The notes: generated by a model from the sequence alone, not told the origin. Shown: positions 27,429 through 37,925, counted from the stretch's first letter. The stretch is 64,000 nucleotides of DNA from an uncultured virus (IMG/VR IMGVR_UViG_2882707223_000001) (IMGVR_UViG_2882707223_000001); one strand, 5' to 3'. Program-made: numbers and translations.

Positions 27429-28163
27429 ATGGTTTACATGGGATCGAAAGCCAAAATAACAGATTACATAGTGCCGGTTATACAAAGTCATATAGCCGTA
27501 AGCGGCAGCAGAACATATATAGAACCGTTTTGCGGCGGCTGCAATGTGATAGACAAGATAAAGGCAAATAACCGGATTGCGGCAGATAAAAACGAATATT
27601 TGATCGCACTCTTTAAACACCTGCAAAGCGGCGGTAAGCTGCCCGATGCAGTACCGAAGGAAGAATACGACAGAGTAAGAGCAGACAAAGAAAGTTTTCC
27701 GGCGTGGTATGTTGGGGCGGTCGGTTTCCTTGCATCATTTAACGGCAGGTTTTTTGATGGAGGCTATGCGGGCATCGGGTACGACAGAGGCAGAAAAAGG
27801 GATTATTTCAGAGAAAACAGCAGCAACATTTTAAAACAGATGCAGCGCGGCGGCATCGCGGGTATAGATTTCATGGTAAAGGATTATCGGGAGTTTTGCC
27901 CGAAAGGTTGTGTTGTATATTGCGATCCGCCGTATGACGAAACGAAAGAGTACGGCATTGCAAAAGCATTTAACCGGTTGGAGTTTTGGCAGATTATGAG
28001 GGATTGGAGCCGATGCAATACGGTTTTAATTTCAGAGCAAAAGGCACCGGAGGATTTTATAACCGTTTGGGAAAAAGAAATAGATCGCACGATGAAAGCA
28101 AAAGAACATTTCAGAGTGACAGAAAAATTATTTGTATGGGGGGGTAGCGGTAAAAATGATTAA
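27429..28163 (+). CDS. DNA adenine methyltransferase (Dam/D12 class)
   Basis: YMGSK, YIEPFCGG, YCDPPY. Confidence 0.9.
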   Translation: MVYMGSKAKITDYIVPVIQSHIAVSGSRTYIEPFCGGCNVIDKIKANNRIAADKNEYLIALFKHLQSGGKLPDAVPKEEYDRVRADKESFPAWYVGAVGFLASFNGRFFDGGYAGIGYDRGRKRDYFRENSSNILKQMQRGGIAGIDFMVKDYREFCPKGCVVYCDPPYDETKEYGIAKAFNRLEFWQIMRDWSRCNTVLISEQKAPEDFITVWEKEIDRTMKAKEHFRVTEKLFVWGGSGKND

Positions 28164-29154
28164 GTGCGGCGAAATAAAGATACTTGAATTATTTGGCGGC
28201 ATTGGATCGCCACGATGCGCCCTGCGAAATATCGGAATACCGGTTAAAGCCATTGATTATGTGGAGATAGACGAAAAAGCCGTAAAATCATACAATGCAA
28301 TGTTTGAAAGCGAATTGCCGTATACAATACAATCCGTTGTGGGTTGGAATTTAAAGCCGGATATTCTGATACATGGATCGCCCTGCCAAGATTTCAGCAT
28401 TGCGGGGCATCAAGGAAAAGCAACGGCAGCAGGTGACAGAATAAACCGAGGAAAAGGCGCAGATAAGGGATCCGGAACGCGGTCAAGTCTTATGTGGGAA
28501 ACCATAAACATAATTAAGCAGATGGGGGAATGGAAACCGCGTTTTATCATTTGGGAAAATGTAAAGAATGTTACATCAAAACACATGATCCATAATTTTA
28601 ACCGGTATCTATCAGAAATGCAGAGATTGGGGTACATAAACAGTTTTCAAACATTAGATGCGCGGGAGTTTGGATTGCCGCAGGCGCGGGAAAGAGTTTT
28701 TACAATATCTGTTTTGGGCGGGGATCCGTTTAATTTCGATGATCTGATAAAAACGCCGATGCGGAATATTGCGGAATTTTTAGAAAACGATGTGCCGGAA
28801 GTATACACCGTAACACAACCAAGCGTATATAACGCAATAGGGCAAAAAGGAATACGAAGGGCAACAGTCATAAAAGATTACGCATATACCATAACGGCGC
28901 GGCAGGATAGGACACCGGCGCAGGTTATAGATTTAGGCGGCGGAAAATATCGCTATTTGACAGAGCGTGAATGTTGGAGGCTGCAAGGTTATAGCGATGC
29001 AGATTTTGAGGCGGCAGCAGCAGTACAAGAGAAAAATGGACGGTACGCAATGGCACTTTATAAGCAGGCGGGTAACAGCATACCGGTAACGATATTTGAA
29101 AGCATATTCAGAAAAATTATTTTAGGACAGACGAACGAAAGCGGGGGCGATTAA
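28156..29154 (+). CDS. DNA cytosine-5 methyltransferase
   Basis: LELFGGIG, GSPCQ, WENV, PQARER, QAGNS. Confidence 0.93.
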   Translation: MIKCGEIKILELFGGIGSPRCALRNIGIPVKAIDYVEIDEKAVKSYNAMFESELPYTIQSVVGWNLKPDILIHGSPCQDFSIAGHQGKATAAGDRINRGKGADKGSGTRSSLMWETINIIKQMGEWKPRFIIWENVKNVTSKHMIHNFNRYLSEMQRLGYINSFQTLDAREFGLPQARERVFTISVLGGDPFNFDDLIKTPMRNIAEFLENDVPEVYTVTQPSVYNAIGQKGIRRATVIKDYAYTITARQDRTPAQVIDLGGGKYRYLTERECWRLQGYSDADFEAAAAVQEKNGRYAMALYKQAGNSIPVTIFESIFRKIILGQTNESGGD

Positions 29155-29484
29155 ATGGTATTGAATTATAACAAAATGCCGGAACCGGCAGTAAGATTGA
29201 CAGATGAAAAGTTGATAAACCAAATTTACGATACGATGACAGACTTTTTCACATTCTGCATTTTAGAGCATGAGAGTAGGCAAGTATTTTACGAAAAGGA
29301 CAACATTTATAGCGGCACATTTAAAATTCGTATCTTTTGGATCAATAAGGAAAAGGGGTTAGGGTACGGCATCGCGGAGGACTGGAAAGCCGGAAAGATA
29401 CAAGTATACCGGTTTGGAACCGCCGAGAACTGGCAGACCTTTAAAAACAGTTTTGCGGCACAGATGCGCGGTGACAATTCATAG
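29155..29484 (+). CDS. Phage hypothetical protein
   Basis: Abuts the preceding stop; RBS present. Confidence 0.6.
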   Translation: MVLNYNKMPEPAVRLTDEKLINQIYDTMTDFFTFCILEHESRQVFYEKDNIYSGTFKIRIFWINKEKGLGYGIAEDWKAGKIQVYRFGTAENWQTFKNSFAAQMRGDNS

Positions 29485-29495
29485 AGGGGCAAATA

Positions 29496-30419
29496 ATGAA
29501 GGTAGAACTTATAGACGTGGACGGTCACAATTTCCCAAATTTGCCACTTATGAAAATATCAGCATACCACAAAACAAAGGGCGATAGTGTAAGATGGCAC
29601 AATCCGTTGACCGCATGGACAGATCCTCCGGATCGGGTATACATGAGTAAGGTTTTTACATTCACACCGGAATACGAATACCCAATAAATGCAGCAGAGA
29701 TCATAAAAGGCGGCACCGGCTATAACTACCCAAACGGCGGCGAACCATTGCCGGAAGAAATAGAACATATTTACCCAGACTATGGATTATACGGAATTAC
29801 AAACACCGCATACGGATTTTTAACAAGAGGTTGTCCGCGAAATTGTGATTTCTGCATCGTAGGGAAGAAAGAAGGGCTATGCAGCAGGAAAGTGGCAGAT
29901 TTGCGGGAGTTTTGGAAAGACCAAAAAGAAATTAAGCTATTGGATCCCAATATTTTAGCGGCGAGGGAACACAAGGAACTATTAGAACAGCTTGCATCAT
30001 CGGGCGCGTGGGTAGATTTTACGCAGGGTTTAGATGCAAGGCTTTTGACAGAGGAAAACATAGAGATCATAAAGCGGATCAAGCTGAAAATGGTACATTT
30101 CGCATGGGATAACATAGCAGATGAAAAATTGATTGTACCAAAGCTGCAATTATTTAAAGAGAAAACCGGAATAGACAAGCGGAAATGTACGGTTTATGTG
30201 CTGACAAATTTTAATAGTACACTGCAGGAAGATTTGCACCGGATTTATAAAATACGCGATTTAGGAATGGCACCGTTTGTAATGGTTTATGAGAAACAGA
30301 CGGCACCAAAGGAAATAAAGGATCTGCAAAGGTGGGTAAACAACCGCATTATTTGGTATAGCACAGAAAAGTTTGAGGATTACAGTGGCGACACAAAGAC
30401 AAGGAGGCAAGGAAAATAA
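29496..30419 (+). CDS. Radical SAM protein
   Basis: RGCPRNCDFC (CxxxCxxC). Confidence 0.85.
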   Translation: MKVELIDVDGHNFPNLPLMKISAYHKTKGDSVRWHNPLTAWTDPPDRVYMSKVFTFTPEYEYPINAAEIIKGGTGYNYPNGGEPLPEEIEHIYPDYGLYGITNTAYGFLTRGCPRNCDFCIVGKKEGLCSRKVADLREFWKDQKEIKLLDPNILAAREHKELLEQLASSGAWVDFTQGLDARLLTEENIEIIKRIKLKMVHFAWDNIADEKLIVPKLQLFKEKTGIDKRKCTVYVLTNFNSTLQEDLHRIYKIRDLGMAPFVMVYEKQTAPKEIKDLQRWVNNRIIWYSTEKFEDYSGDTKTRRQGK

Positions 30420-30905
30420 TGGATAAAGTACACTTTAGCACCGGAAAGGACGATTGGGGAACACCGCAGGATCTTTTCGATGCACTCAACAAAGAATTTG
30501 GTTTTACATTGGATCCATGTGCCGATGATAATAACCACAAATGCGCCAAGTATTACACGGTGGAGCAGGACGGTTTGGCGCAATCATGGGCGGGCGAAAC
30601 GGTATTTTGCAACCCGCCGTATAGCCGGAAAACAAAATCAAATGCCGGTCAAATTGCATGGGTGGAAAAATGCTATAAAGAGGCGCAGGGGGGGGATCAT
30701 CGTGGTTATGTTGATACCCGCCCGCACAGATACAAAAATGTTTCACGATTTCATTTTAGGCAAAGCAGAAATACGGTTTATCAAAGGGCGGCTTAATTTT
30801 GAGGTAGACGGAGAGAAAAGCAAGGATCCGGCACCGTTCCCAAGTATGATCGTAGTATTCAGAGGCGGGCAACCCACAAATGAAGTAAAGAGTATAACGG
30901 CATAG
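30419..30905 (+). pseudogene. Phage N6-adenine methyltransferase, frameshifted at a G8 tract
   Basis: DDWGTPQ...LDPCA...FCNPPY in one frame and VVMLIPARTDT...APFPSMIVVF in the next; switch at G8 30688-30695. Confidence 0.85.
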
Positions 30906-30919
30906 CGGAGGGGTATACG

Positions 30920-31201
30920 GTGGAACTTTTGACACGCGAAATAGCTAATACATACAGAGATAGAGCGAAAGCCCTGCCGTATAACGGTATGCAGGACATA
31001 GGGGAGCGCAGGGCATTGCGGATAGAGTTGCAGGAGCGATGCGGCGTAACGGAATTAGAGGCAATCAATATTATAAACGGTTTCCACATTGATATTTATT
31101 GCATGAAATATCTGATAAAGGCGCGAGAGGCGGCAGAGGGAACACAGGAACCGGCAAAGAAAAAGCGGCGCAAGCAGTACGACAGAAGGGAATTTTATTA
31201 A
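30920..31201 (+). CDS. Phage hypothetical protein
   Basis: GGAGG RBS and GTG start. Confidence 0.6.
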   Translation: MELLTREIANTYRDRAKALPYNGMQDIGERRALRIELQERCGVTELEAINIINGFHIDIYCMKYLIKAREAAEGTQEPAKKKRRKQYDRREFY

Positions 31202-31222
31202 AAAGCAGAAAGGCGGCAGATT

Positions 31223-31519
31223 ATGGGAAAAACAAAAAGCATTGTAACAGAGCATGAAAAAATGTGTTTCTTTTGCGGCAGACCGGCAGAGTGCGAGCAT
31301 CATTTATTATTCGGCAGCGGCATTAGAGAATTGGCAGAGCAGGACGGCTTGAAAGTACCCGCCTGCAATAACTGTCATAACATGGGCAGGACAACCGAGC
31401 GCGTACATGATAACCCTATGGCTGAAAAGCTGTCAAAGATTTTAGGGCAGGCGGTGTATGAGGCGAAGATCGGCAGCAGGGAGGAGTTTCGGGCGCGTTA
31501 TGGCAAGTCTTATTTGTAG
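31223..31519 (+). CDS. Zn-binding HNH-like phage protein
   Basis: CFFC...EHHLLFG...CNNCH. Confidence 0.7.
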   Translation: MGKTKSIVTEHEKMCFFCGRPAECEHHLLFGSGIRELAEQDGLKVPACNNCHNMGRTTERVHDNPMAEKLSKILGQAVYEAKIGSREEFRARYGKSYL

Positions 31520-31529
31520 GGGGCATGGT

Positions 31530-31826
31530 ATGGCTATGACAGAGATCATAAAGCAGCTTGAAAAAGAGATTTTGCAGCAGCGGGAAGATGAACAGAGGAT
31601 CCTAAACGAGATCGCGGCGGTAGCATCTTTAGATTTCGCACAGCGGGCAGCAGGCGTATTGGATCCGAAAAAGCACTTTTACGGTTTCGAGGCGTATTTG
31701 ATATTGCTTGACAATCTGGAAGTGCTGTTATATGCGGGTATGCCCGATGATTTGGCACTTGAAAGCGTACAGTGTGGGTATGATGCAGAAACAATTTTAG
31801 CAATGTGGAGGTTATCGAAAGTATGA
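31530..31826 (+). CDS. Phage hypothetical protein
   Basis: Fills the operon gap; start uncertain. Confidence 0.5.
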   Translation: MAMTEIIKQLEKEILQQREDEQRILNEIAAVASLDFAQRAAGVLDPKKHFYGFEAYLILLDNLEVLLYAGMPDDLALESVQCGYDAETILAMWRLSKV

Positions 31827-32218
31827 ATAAATGTCATTTCATGGGGCGATTGGTACGCGATCCCGAAATTCGTTACACACAAAGCGATCAGCCGGTGCCG
31901 GTAGCGCATTACACTTTAGCGATTGATCGTAGGATAAAGCGGCAGGGTGAGCCTTCGGCAGATTTTTTAGACTTTGTTGCATACGGAAAAGCGGCAGAGT
32001 TTACAGAAAAGTATTTAAAGAAAGGCATTAAAGTTGTGGTAACGGCGCGTTGCCAACGCCGCAATTATGAAAAGGACGGCAGGAAAATCTATGTAATTGA
32101 ATTTATCATAGAGGATCAAGAGTTTGCGGAAAGCAAGCGGGCAGCAGAGGGCGAACCGGAAAGCAATGATTTTATGCAGATACCGGACGGCGAGCAGGAC
32201 GAATTGCCATTTAATTAA
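31823..32218 (+). CDS. ssb: Single-stranded DNA-binding protein
   Basis: MNKCHFMGRLVRDPEIRY...ADF; acidic ELPF tail. Confidence 0.92.
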   Translation: MNKCHFMGRLVRDPEIRYTQSDQPVPVAHYTLAIDRRIKRQGEPSADFLDFVAYGKAAEFTEKYLKKGIKVVVTARCQRRNYEKDGRKIYVIEFIIEDQEFAESKRAAEGEPESNDFMQIPDGEQDELPFN

Positions 32219-32238
32219 AATTCAAGGAGGTTAAGCAA

Positions 32239-33021
32239 ATGCAAACAATTTCGATCATCAGCTTAAAAGGCGGCGTGGCAAAGACCACAACGGCGGTAAA
32301 CATGGCGTACATACTGGCAGCAGTACACAAAAAGAAAGTGCTTGTTATCGACAATGACAAGCAGGGTAACGCCTCTAAAGCGTTTGACCGGTACGACACC
32401 GAGGACGAGAACACCATAGCGCGGGCAATGTTGGAAAGAAATTTTGACGTTTCCGAGATTATCAAGAAAACAAATTACGAGGGCATCGACATTATAACCG
32501 CAAACATGGATCTACTGGAGGCGAACCTTAAAACCGTAGTAGACGCGGGCAGGCAGCAACAGACGCGATTTAAAAAGGCACTGGCAGCAGTTAGCGGCAA
32601 TTATGATTTCTGCATCATCGACAACGCGCCGGATATTAACATGAGTATCATTAACGCGCTTGTAATGACGAATGATGTGATTATGCCGATCTTTATGGAT
32701 CAGTATTCATTTGACGGCTTAAATATTCTGTTAGAGCAGATCGCGCAGGTGCAGGAAGATTTTAACGGAACACTAAATTTTGCCGGTTGCCTTGTGACAC
32801 AGTACCAAAACAACGATGTGAATAATTTGAACATTGAAAAGCTGCAAGCGCGGGGGTTGCCGATGTACGCGCAGAGGATCCGCAGAACGGAAAAGAAAGT
32901 AAGCGAAAGCACATTTGCGAAAATGCCGCTTGTGGAATATTCGGTAAGATGCGGAGCGGCGCAGGATTATAAAAAGTTTGTCGTAGAGTATTTAGGGGGT
33001 GCGGATTATGCAGATGCTTAA
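32239..33021 (+). CDS. parA: ParA/Soj ATPase
   Basis: KGGVAKTTT deviant Walker A, IDNDKQGNAS, IIDNAP. Confidence 0.92.
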   Translation: MQTISIISLKGGVAKTTTAVNMAYILAAVHKKKVLVIDNDKQGNASKAFDRYDTEDENTIARAMLERNFDVSEIIKKTNYEGIDIITANMDLLEANLKTVVDAGRQQQTRFKKALAAVSGNYDFCIIDNAPDINMSIINALVMTNDVIMPIFMDQYSFDGLNILLEQIAQVQEDFNGTLNFAGCLVTQYQNNDVNNLNIEKLQARGLPMYAQRIRRTEKKVSESTFAKMPLVEYSVRCGAAQDYKKFVVEYLGGADYADA

Positions 33022-33217
33022 ATTTAAAGCCAAATGCCCTTATGAGATAGGCGATCGAGTACGGTTTGAAAAGGGCGGCGAAATGCAGGTAATGGAAATT
33101 ACGGATATTATCACGCAGATCAGCGCAAAGACCGGACATATTAAATTTATTTTGGAGTTGGGCGGTTGGTATAAATTAGATACCGATTTACACGCGGTAG
33201 ATGTGCCGCGCACTTAG
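33008..33217 (+). CDS. Phage hypothetical protein
   Basis: Small ORF between parA and parB. Confidence 0.55.
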   Translation: MQMLKFKAKCPYEIGDRVRFEKGGEMQVMEITDIITQISAKTGHIKFILELGGWYKLDTDLHAVDVPRT

Positions 33218-33266
33218 TAAATACTGGACGAGTACCCAAATAGGGTACAAGGCAAAGGAGGCAATC

Positions 33267-34745
33267 ATGGCTTTTGATATGAGAAATTTTTTAAATGCCG
33301 AAAGCAAGAAAGATATTAACAGCGATTGGAAACCGGTCAAGGTAAATGTAAGGAAATTAAGACCGGCACCGGATAAGAAAAACTTTTATCACGCAGAGGA
33401 CAAGGAAATTAAGGACATTGCGGAAAGTATAGAGTTAATCGGTTTGCAGCAGTACCCAGTGATTAAGCCGGTAGAGGGTACGGACGAATACGAGGTTATA
33501 GCCGGACACAAACGGCGGCTTGCGATTTTGCGGTTACTGGACGAAGGCAAAACTGAATATGAAATGATCCCTTGCAAGATAGAAACGCCGGACGACATAA
33601 AAAATGAGTTGATTTTAATTTTCACAAACTCAACGCAGCGGGAAAGAACGGACTATGAAAAGATGCGGGAAATTGAGCGGGTGCGGGAACTTTTAACCGA
33701 GTATCAGAAAACCCATGAATTGACCGGACGGCGGCAAAATATTATTGCCGAGATTTTGGGAACCAACAAAACCAAAGTAGGAACACTGGATAACATCAAC
33801 AATAATCTGATCGCGCCGTTTATGGAAGAATTTGCAGCGGGGAAAATCAGCACAAGCGCAGCGAATGAGATCGCCGGTTTGGAGCCGGACGCGCAGCAGG
33901 CACTATACGAAACATACAAGGCAACCGGATCACTGATCGCAAAGGACGCGAAAGCCCTTAAAGAAGTATTTCCCGATGATTTACCGGAAGAACTGAAGGC
34001 AGAGGTAAGGCAGTACGCGGCAGAAACTGGCATCAGCTTAGAAGATGCAGCAGGCGTTATAACAGAACGCCACAAGAGAGCGCGGGAAACGCCGCAGGAG
34101 CCGCCGAAAGAGGCAGAGGCGATAGAAAACACGCCGGAGCCGGAAAAAGGGCAGGAAACGGCGCAGGACGCGCCGGAAAGTGGCTTTATGAATGAGCCGG
34201 AAACCAAAGTAACCTATAACGCGCCCATGCCGGACAATACAGACCGTAAAAGCCTTATCATTAACGGCAAAATCAATATGCACAAGGAATATAACGGCAT
34301 GGCGGTTAATTATTTCATGGGCGCGGTGATCGGTTCGGATCTTTTCGGCGTGGAGTTTTGGCAGGGGTGGAAAAAGTGCGTTACTGAAAATTACGAAAAC
34401 CCGAAAGAATTATACATAGCAGATTATGCCGGAACCGCAACCACATACACCGTACAGACCGACACAACCGAGAAATGCAAGGCGGTTTTAACTAACACCG
34501 GTTTAGAAGTTTTGCGAGAGGCAGCAGGGCAAACGGCGGTTATCAGCTATGAAGAACTGGCAGAACTGATCGACATTATGATCTATACGAAAGTAATTGA
34601 GATTAAAACCATTGAAAGCGACTTGAAGTATTGGGCGGCGTGTACTGTTAAGGAGTTGGCACCGGTAAGCAATTATTTAACCGAAAATGAAATTTATATG
34701 TTGCAGGATCTTATGATGCGCTGCAAGGAGAGGGCAGGAAAATGA
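33267..34745 (+). CDS. ParB-like protein with long C-terminal extension
   Basis: SIELIGLQQYP, YEVIAGHKRRLA; AAGGAGG RBS. Confidence 0.85.
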   Translation: MAFDMRNFLNAESKKDINSDWKPVKVNVRKLRPAPDKKNFYHAEDKEIKDIAESIELIGLQQYPVIKPVEGTDEYEVIAGHKRRLAILRLLDEGKTEYEMIPCKIETPDDIKNELILIFTNSTQRERTDYEKMREIERVRELLTEYQKTHELTGRRQNIIAEILGTNKTKVGTLDNINNNLIAPFMEEFAAGKISTSAANEIAGLEPDAQQALYETYKATGSLIAKDAKALKEVFPDDLPEELKAEVRQYAAETGISLEDAAGVITERHKRARETPQEPPKEAEAIENTPEPEKGQETAQDAPESGFMNEPETKVTYNAPMPDNTDRKSLIINGKINMHKEYNGMAVNYFMGAVIGSDLFGVEFWQGWKKCVTENYENPKELYIADYAGTATTYTVQTDTTEKCKAVLTNTGLEVLREAAGQTAVISYEELAELIDIMIYTKVIEIKTIESDLKYWAACTVKELAPVSNYLTENEIYMLQDLMMRCKERAGK

Positions 34746-35107
34746 GCGTATGGCATAGAGGAGGGGCGGCGGGCTTTATCCCTGCTGCCCGAAAAGAAAA
34801 TAAATTAGCTTATATATGCAGCCCATACAGAGGCAACGCATACAAGCGGATCCGCAACATTGCATACGCAAGGCATATAACCCGCGTAGCGTTGGAATTG
34901 GGCTATACACCGATTGCCACGCACTTATATTTACCGCAGATATTAAACGATGATATACCAGCGCAGCGGCGGCGCGGCTTGAAAGCCGGTAAAGACATTC
35001 TGAACACCTGCGGAACAATCATTATAGGCGCAAAATACGGTATCAGCGAGGGCATGGCATCAGAGATAGAGGCGGCAACCGGAAAAGATACCATTATCAT
35101 AATTTAG
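34742..35107 (+). CDS. DUF4406/nucleoside deoxyribosyltransferase-like protein
   Basis: AYICSPYRG...PIATHLYLPQ...ISEGMASEI. Confidence 0.7.
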   Translation: MSVWHRGGAAGFIPAARKENKLAYICSPYRGNAYKRIRNIAYARHITRVALELGYTPIATHLYLPQILNDDIPAQRRRGLKAGKDILNTCGTIIIGAKYGISEGMASEIEAATGKDTIIII

Positions 35108-35117
35108 GGGGGGCAGA

Positions 35118-35447
35118 ATGGGGAAAAGGCAAATAACCGCAACAATTCCATATTTTTACGAGGAACATATTGAGAACGAGAAAAGAGTGATAAAAAGGAA
35201 ACTGATTTATGAAATAGCCGAGGAACTGGAAGAAAATAAAAAATATGCTATTGAAATAAAAACGGTTATCGAGGACGAGTGTTGCGTAGGGGGTTATAAA
35301 ATCACAGTAAGCGCAGAAATAACAGAGATACAGCAAATAGAAGTTGAATTTATACCGCAGCGGAAAACATTACAACCGGCACCAAAGGCAAAAAAGAGTA
35401 TATTGCAAAAAGTAAAAGAGTTTTTCAGAAGGGAGGGTAGCTTATGA
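35118..35447 (+). CDS. Phage hypothetical protein
   Basis: Operonic ORF. Confidence 0.55.
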   Translation: MGKRQITATIPYFYEEHIENEKRVIKRKLIYEIAEELEENKKYAIEIKTVIEDECCVGGYKITVSAEITEIQQIEVEFIPQRKTLQPAPKAKKSILQKVKEFFRREGSL

Positions 35448-35749
35448 TCCATGCACTGAAAACAGAACCGGCATATTTTGAGGCATCGGCAGCAGGCATA
35501 AAAGGGTTTGAGGTAAGAAAGAATGATCGCCCATATAGCCCCGGCGATTATGTGGCATTGAATGAATGGAACGGCGAGCGTTACACCGGAAAATGCACGT
35601 TGCATAAAATTGTTTATATTCTGTCTGATCCGGAATATTGCAAAGAAGGTTATATAATTTTAGGGTTGGAACCATGCGCGATCAGAACGCGGGGAGAAAT
35701 GCAGGAACCTATTCCATGCAATAGAGGGGTGCCGGTATATGAAAGATAA
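35444..35749 (+). CDS. ASCH/PUA-like (DUF3850) protein
   Basis: IHALKTEPAYF...KGFEVRKNDRPY..GD...LNEW. Confidence 0.8.
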   Translation: MIHALKTEPAYFEASAAGIKGFEVRKNDRPYSPGDYVALNEWNGERYTGKCTLHKIVYILSDPEYCKEGYIILGLEPCAIRTRGEMQEPIPCNRGVPVYER

Positions 35750-35945
35750 TAAAGCAGAGGGGAGCCTGCGGGAATTGTTAAAGGGAGATCCGGAGCTGAA
35801 AGTAGCATTTAAAGAAACCATAGAGGAAATGCAAAAACCGGAAAACATAGAAAAAGCAGCAAATTCCATAAGCGGCGTTATGGCAGCAGTACAAAGAAAA
35901 ATTAAGGAATTAAAGGAGGACAGCGACAAATGGCAAAAGGTTTAA
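35739..35945 (+). CDS. Phage hypothetical protein
   Basis: Operonic ORF. Confidence 0.5.
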   Translation: MKDNKAEGSLRELLKGDPELKVAFKETIEEMQKPENIEKAANSISGVMAAVQRKIKELKEDSDKWQKV

Positions 35946-36178
35946 AGCTGAACAGAGAACAGTATAAAGGGGTTAAGCGCATGGATCATAAGCAAATGGA
36001 AGATTTCATTTGCAATATGTATAACGAGGGTTACGCAGACGGCAAGGCAGCAGCAGAGCCGAGGATCAAGCCCTCCGACATTGCAACGGTTTTAGTTGAG
36101 ATTAGAGGCGTAGGCACGAAGAAAGCCGCCGAGATCATGGCGGCAATAAACAAATTATATGATAAGGGAGCGGAATAA
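35930..36178 (+). CDS. Phage hypothetical protein with HhH-like motif
   Basis: IRGVGTKKA motif; AAGGAGG RBS. Confidence 0.6.
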   Translation: MAKGLKLNREQYKGVKRMDHKQMEDFICNMYNEGYADGKAAAEPRIKPSDIATVLVEIRGVGTKKAAEIMAAINKLYDKGAE

Positions 36179-36350
36179 TGAGAAAAAGGCATATAACGGC
36201 AGAATGGAAAGTAAAGCAGGGTGCGGGCGGTTGGGCGATAGGATATTTTGTATGTAGTAATTGCGGGTATAAATCGGGAGAAGATGCGCCGGTATGCCCG
36301 CAATGCAAAGCAAACATGAAAAAGATTAAATGATATTAAGGAGGCGTTGC

Positions 36351-36791
36351 ATGATGTTATATGAGCAGGTGGAGAAAAGGGAAAAAGAGGCTTGCGGGGG
36401 GGGAGTTACGACAGTAACCGGCAGTTGTAAATTTTGCGGGCAAGTGGCAACGCGCAAAGCATTAGAGGAATGGAGCGGGGAGGAAATAGACGAACTGGCA
36501 ACCGAAACTTGCGAATGTGTGGACGCGCGGATCTATGCACACAAAAAAGGACAGAAAGAAAGAGCCAATGCCCGCATTGATTTGTTATTCGGCAAAGACA
36601 ATAAAAGTGTTACGGTTCCCGATGCAGCAGTAGACCTGCTGCATAAAGCCGTTTATCCGGTATGTGAAGGTTTTATACAAAGTATGACCGTAGACATTGG
36701 AAACGGCGTTAAGGGAAAGATCAATATTACATCAAAGGGAATTATTAAGGTAGCACGTACAAAGACAGATACAAGCACATACGAGGCATAG
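36351..36791 (+). CDS. Phage hypothetical protein (Cys motifs)
   Basis: CKFCGQ...CEC; AAGGAGG RBS. Confidence 0.6.
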   Translation: MMLYEQVEKREKEACGGGVTTVTGSCKFCGQVATRKALEEWSGEEIDELATETCECVDARIYAHKKGQKERANARIDLLFGKDNKSVTVPDAAVDLLHKAVYPVCEGFIQSMTVDIGNGVKGKINITSKGIIKVARTKTDTSTYEA

Positions 36792-36802
36792 GGGGCGTTA
36801 AA

Positions 36803-37330
36803 ATGCGGAAGGGCAGGATAATCTGCATAGACATTGAAACAACCGGATTAGACCGCATAGAGGACGAGATCCTGCAAGTGGCAATCATAAACGGCAGAGG
36901 GAGAACGCTTTATAATTCCTACATCAGACCGAACACAAAAAGAACGTGGCAGCAGGCAGAGGCGATCAATAAAATTAACTGGCAGGCGGTAAAAGATGCG
37001 CCGACAATCCGGCACGAGAAAAGAAAGATTGAAAGAATATTAAAAAGAGCCGGTTTGATCGTTGGTTACAATCTGAAAGCGTTTGATTTGCCGTTTATGG
37101 CAGCAAAAGGCATCAACACAGCAGTAAAGGCGCAAATATGCGATGTGATGTTAGAATTTGCGCCGGTGGCGGGAGAATGGGATCGGGAGCGCGGAGGCTA
37201 CAAATGGAAGTCATTAAGATTTTGCGCCGATTGGTACGGCTACACAAATTATAAGCCGCATGATGCGCTTGAAGATGTGCGGGCAACGCTGCATTGCTAT
37301 TATGCGATGCGGAAGGGAGGCAGGCGATGA
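36803..37330 (+). CDS. DEDDh 3'-5' exonuclease (DnaQ-like)
   Basis: DIETTG, GYNLKAFD, HDALED. Confidence 0.9.
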   Translation: MRKGRIICIDIETTGLDRIEDEILQVAIINGRGRTLYNSYIRPNTKRTWQQAEAINKINWQAVKDAPTIRHEKRKIERILKRAGLIVGYNLKAFDLPFMAAKGINTAVKAQICDVMLEFAPVAGEWDRERGGYKWKSLRFCADWYGYTNYKPHDALEDVRATLHCYYAMRKGGRR

Positions 37331-37683
37331 ACAGACGGCAGAAAAAGAAAGCATTTAAAAAGCGTTTCGGTTTCAACCCGCCGCGTGGCATCAGCATAAG
37401 GACGGCAACGCGGATCATGGAACACAAGGAAACAATCATAGCAATATTTGAACGGCTGAAAGCTGCAATACTGAACTTGTGGGAGCAGGTAAAGAAACCG
37501 GCGTTAGAACTGGGAGAGGTACTAAAGGAAATTCACACAGCTTTTATTACACCGGCAGAGAAACGGCGCAGGCAGTATATAGCGGTTGAGGATTTCCGAA
37601 CAAAATTATTATTGCGGCAGCAGGAAAGCGAGGCGAAACGGATTGAAGGCAATTCTGACATACACAACCATGATAGACGGTAA
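37327..37683 (+). CDS. Phage hypothetical protein
   Basis: MNRRQKKK start overlapping the exonuclease stop. Confidence 0.55.
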   Translation: MNRRQKKKAFKKRFGFNPPRGISIRTATRIMEHKETIIAIFERLKAAILNLWEQVKKPALELGEVLKEIHTAFITPAEKRRRQYIAVEDFRTKLLLRQQESEAKRIEGNSDIHNHDRR

Positions 37684-37924
37684 GGCGGTAGAACAGACAA
37701 GGCTTTTTGACACCACAAAGGCAAAAAAGATTTGTGATGTAAAAAACGGTTTCAATAACAAGGTGCAGGAAATATACATAACCGATAAAGGCGTGGTATT
37801 TCTGTATACCACAACCGGCAAAGGGAAATTAGAGGTTGCAGACCAAAAGAGCGTTAAGGAATGGATAGGCGAGAATGAGCCGGACAAATATATTAAATTT
37901 TTCGGAGAAGTGGAGGAAGGCTAA
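37586..37924 (+). CDS. Phage hypothetical protein (start uncertain)
   Basis: Fills the gap before the late regulator. Confidence 0.5.
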   Translation: MRISEQNYYCGSRKARRNGLKAILTYTTMIDGKAVEQTRLFDTTKAKKICDVKNGFNNKVQEIYITDKGVVFLYTTTGKGKLEVADQKSVKEWIGENEPDKYIKFFGEVEEG

Positions 37925-37925
37925 C

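Noticed and set aside
36396..36403. G8 tract as another phase-variable switch (also G-runs near 28138, 35106 and 54600)
   Set aside because: In frame or part of RBS regions; no disruption is visible.
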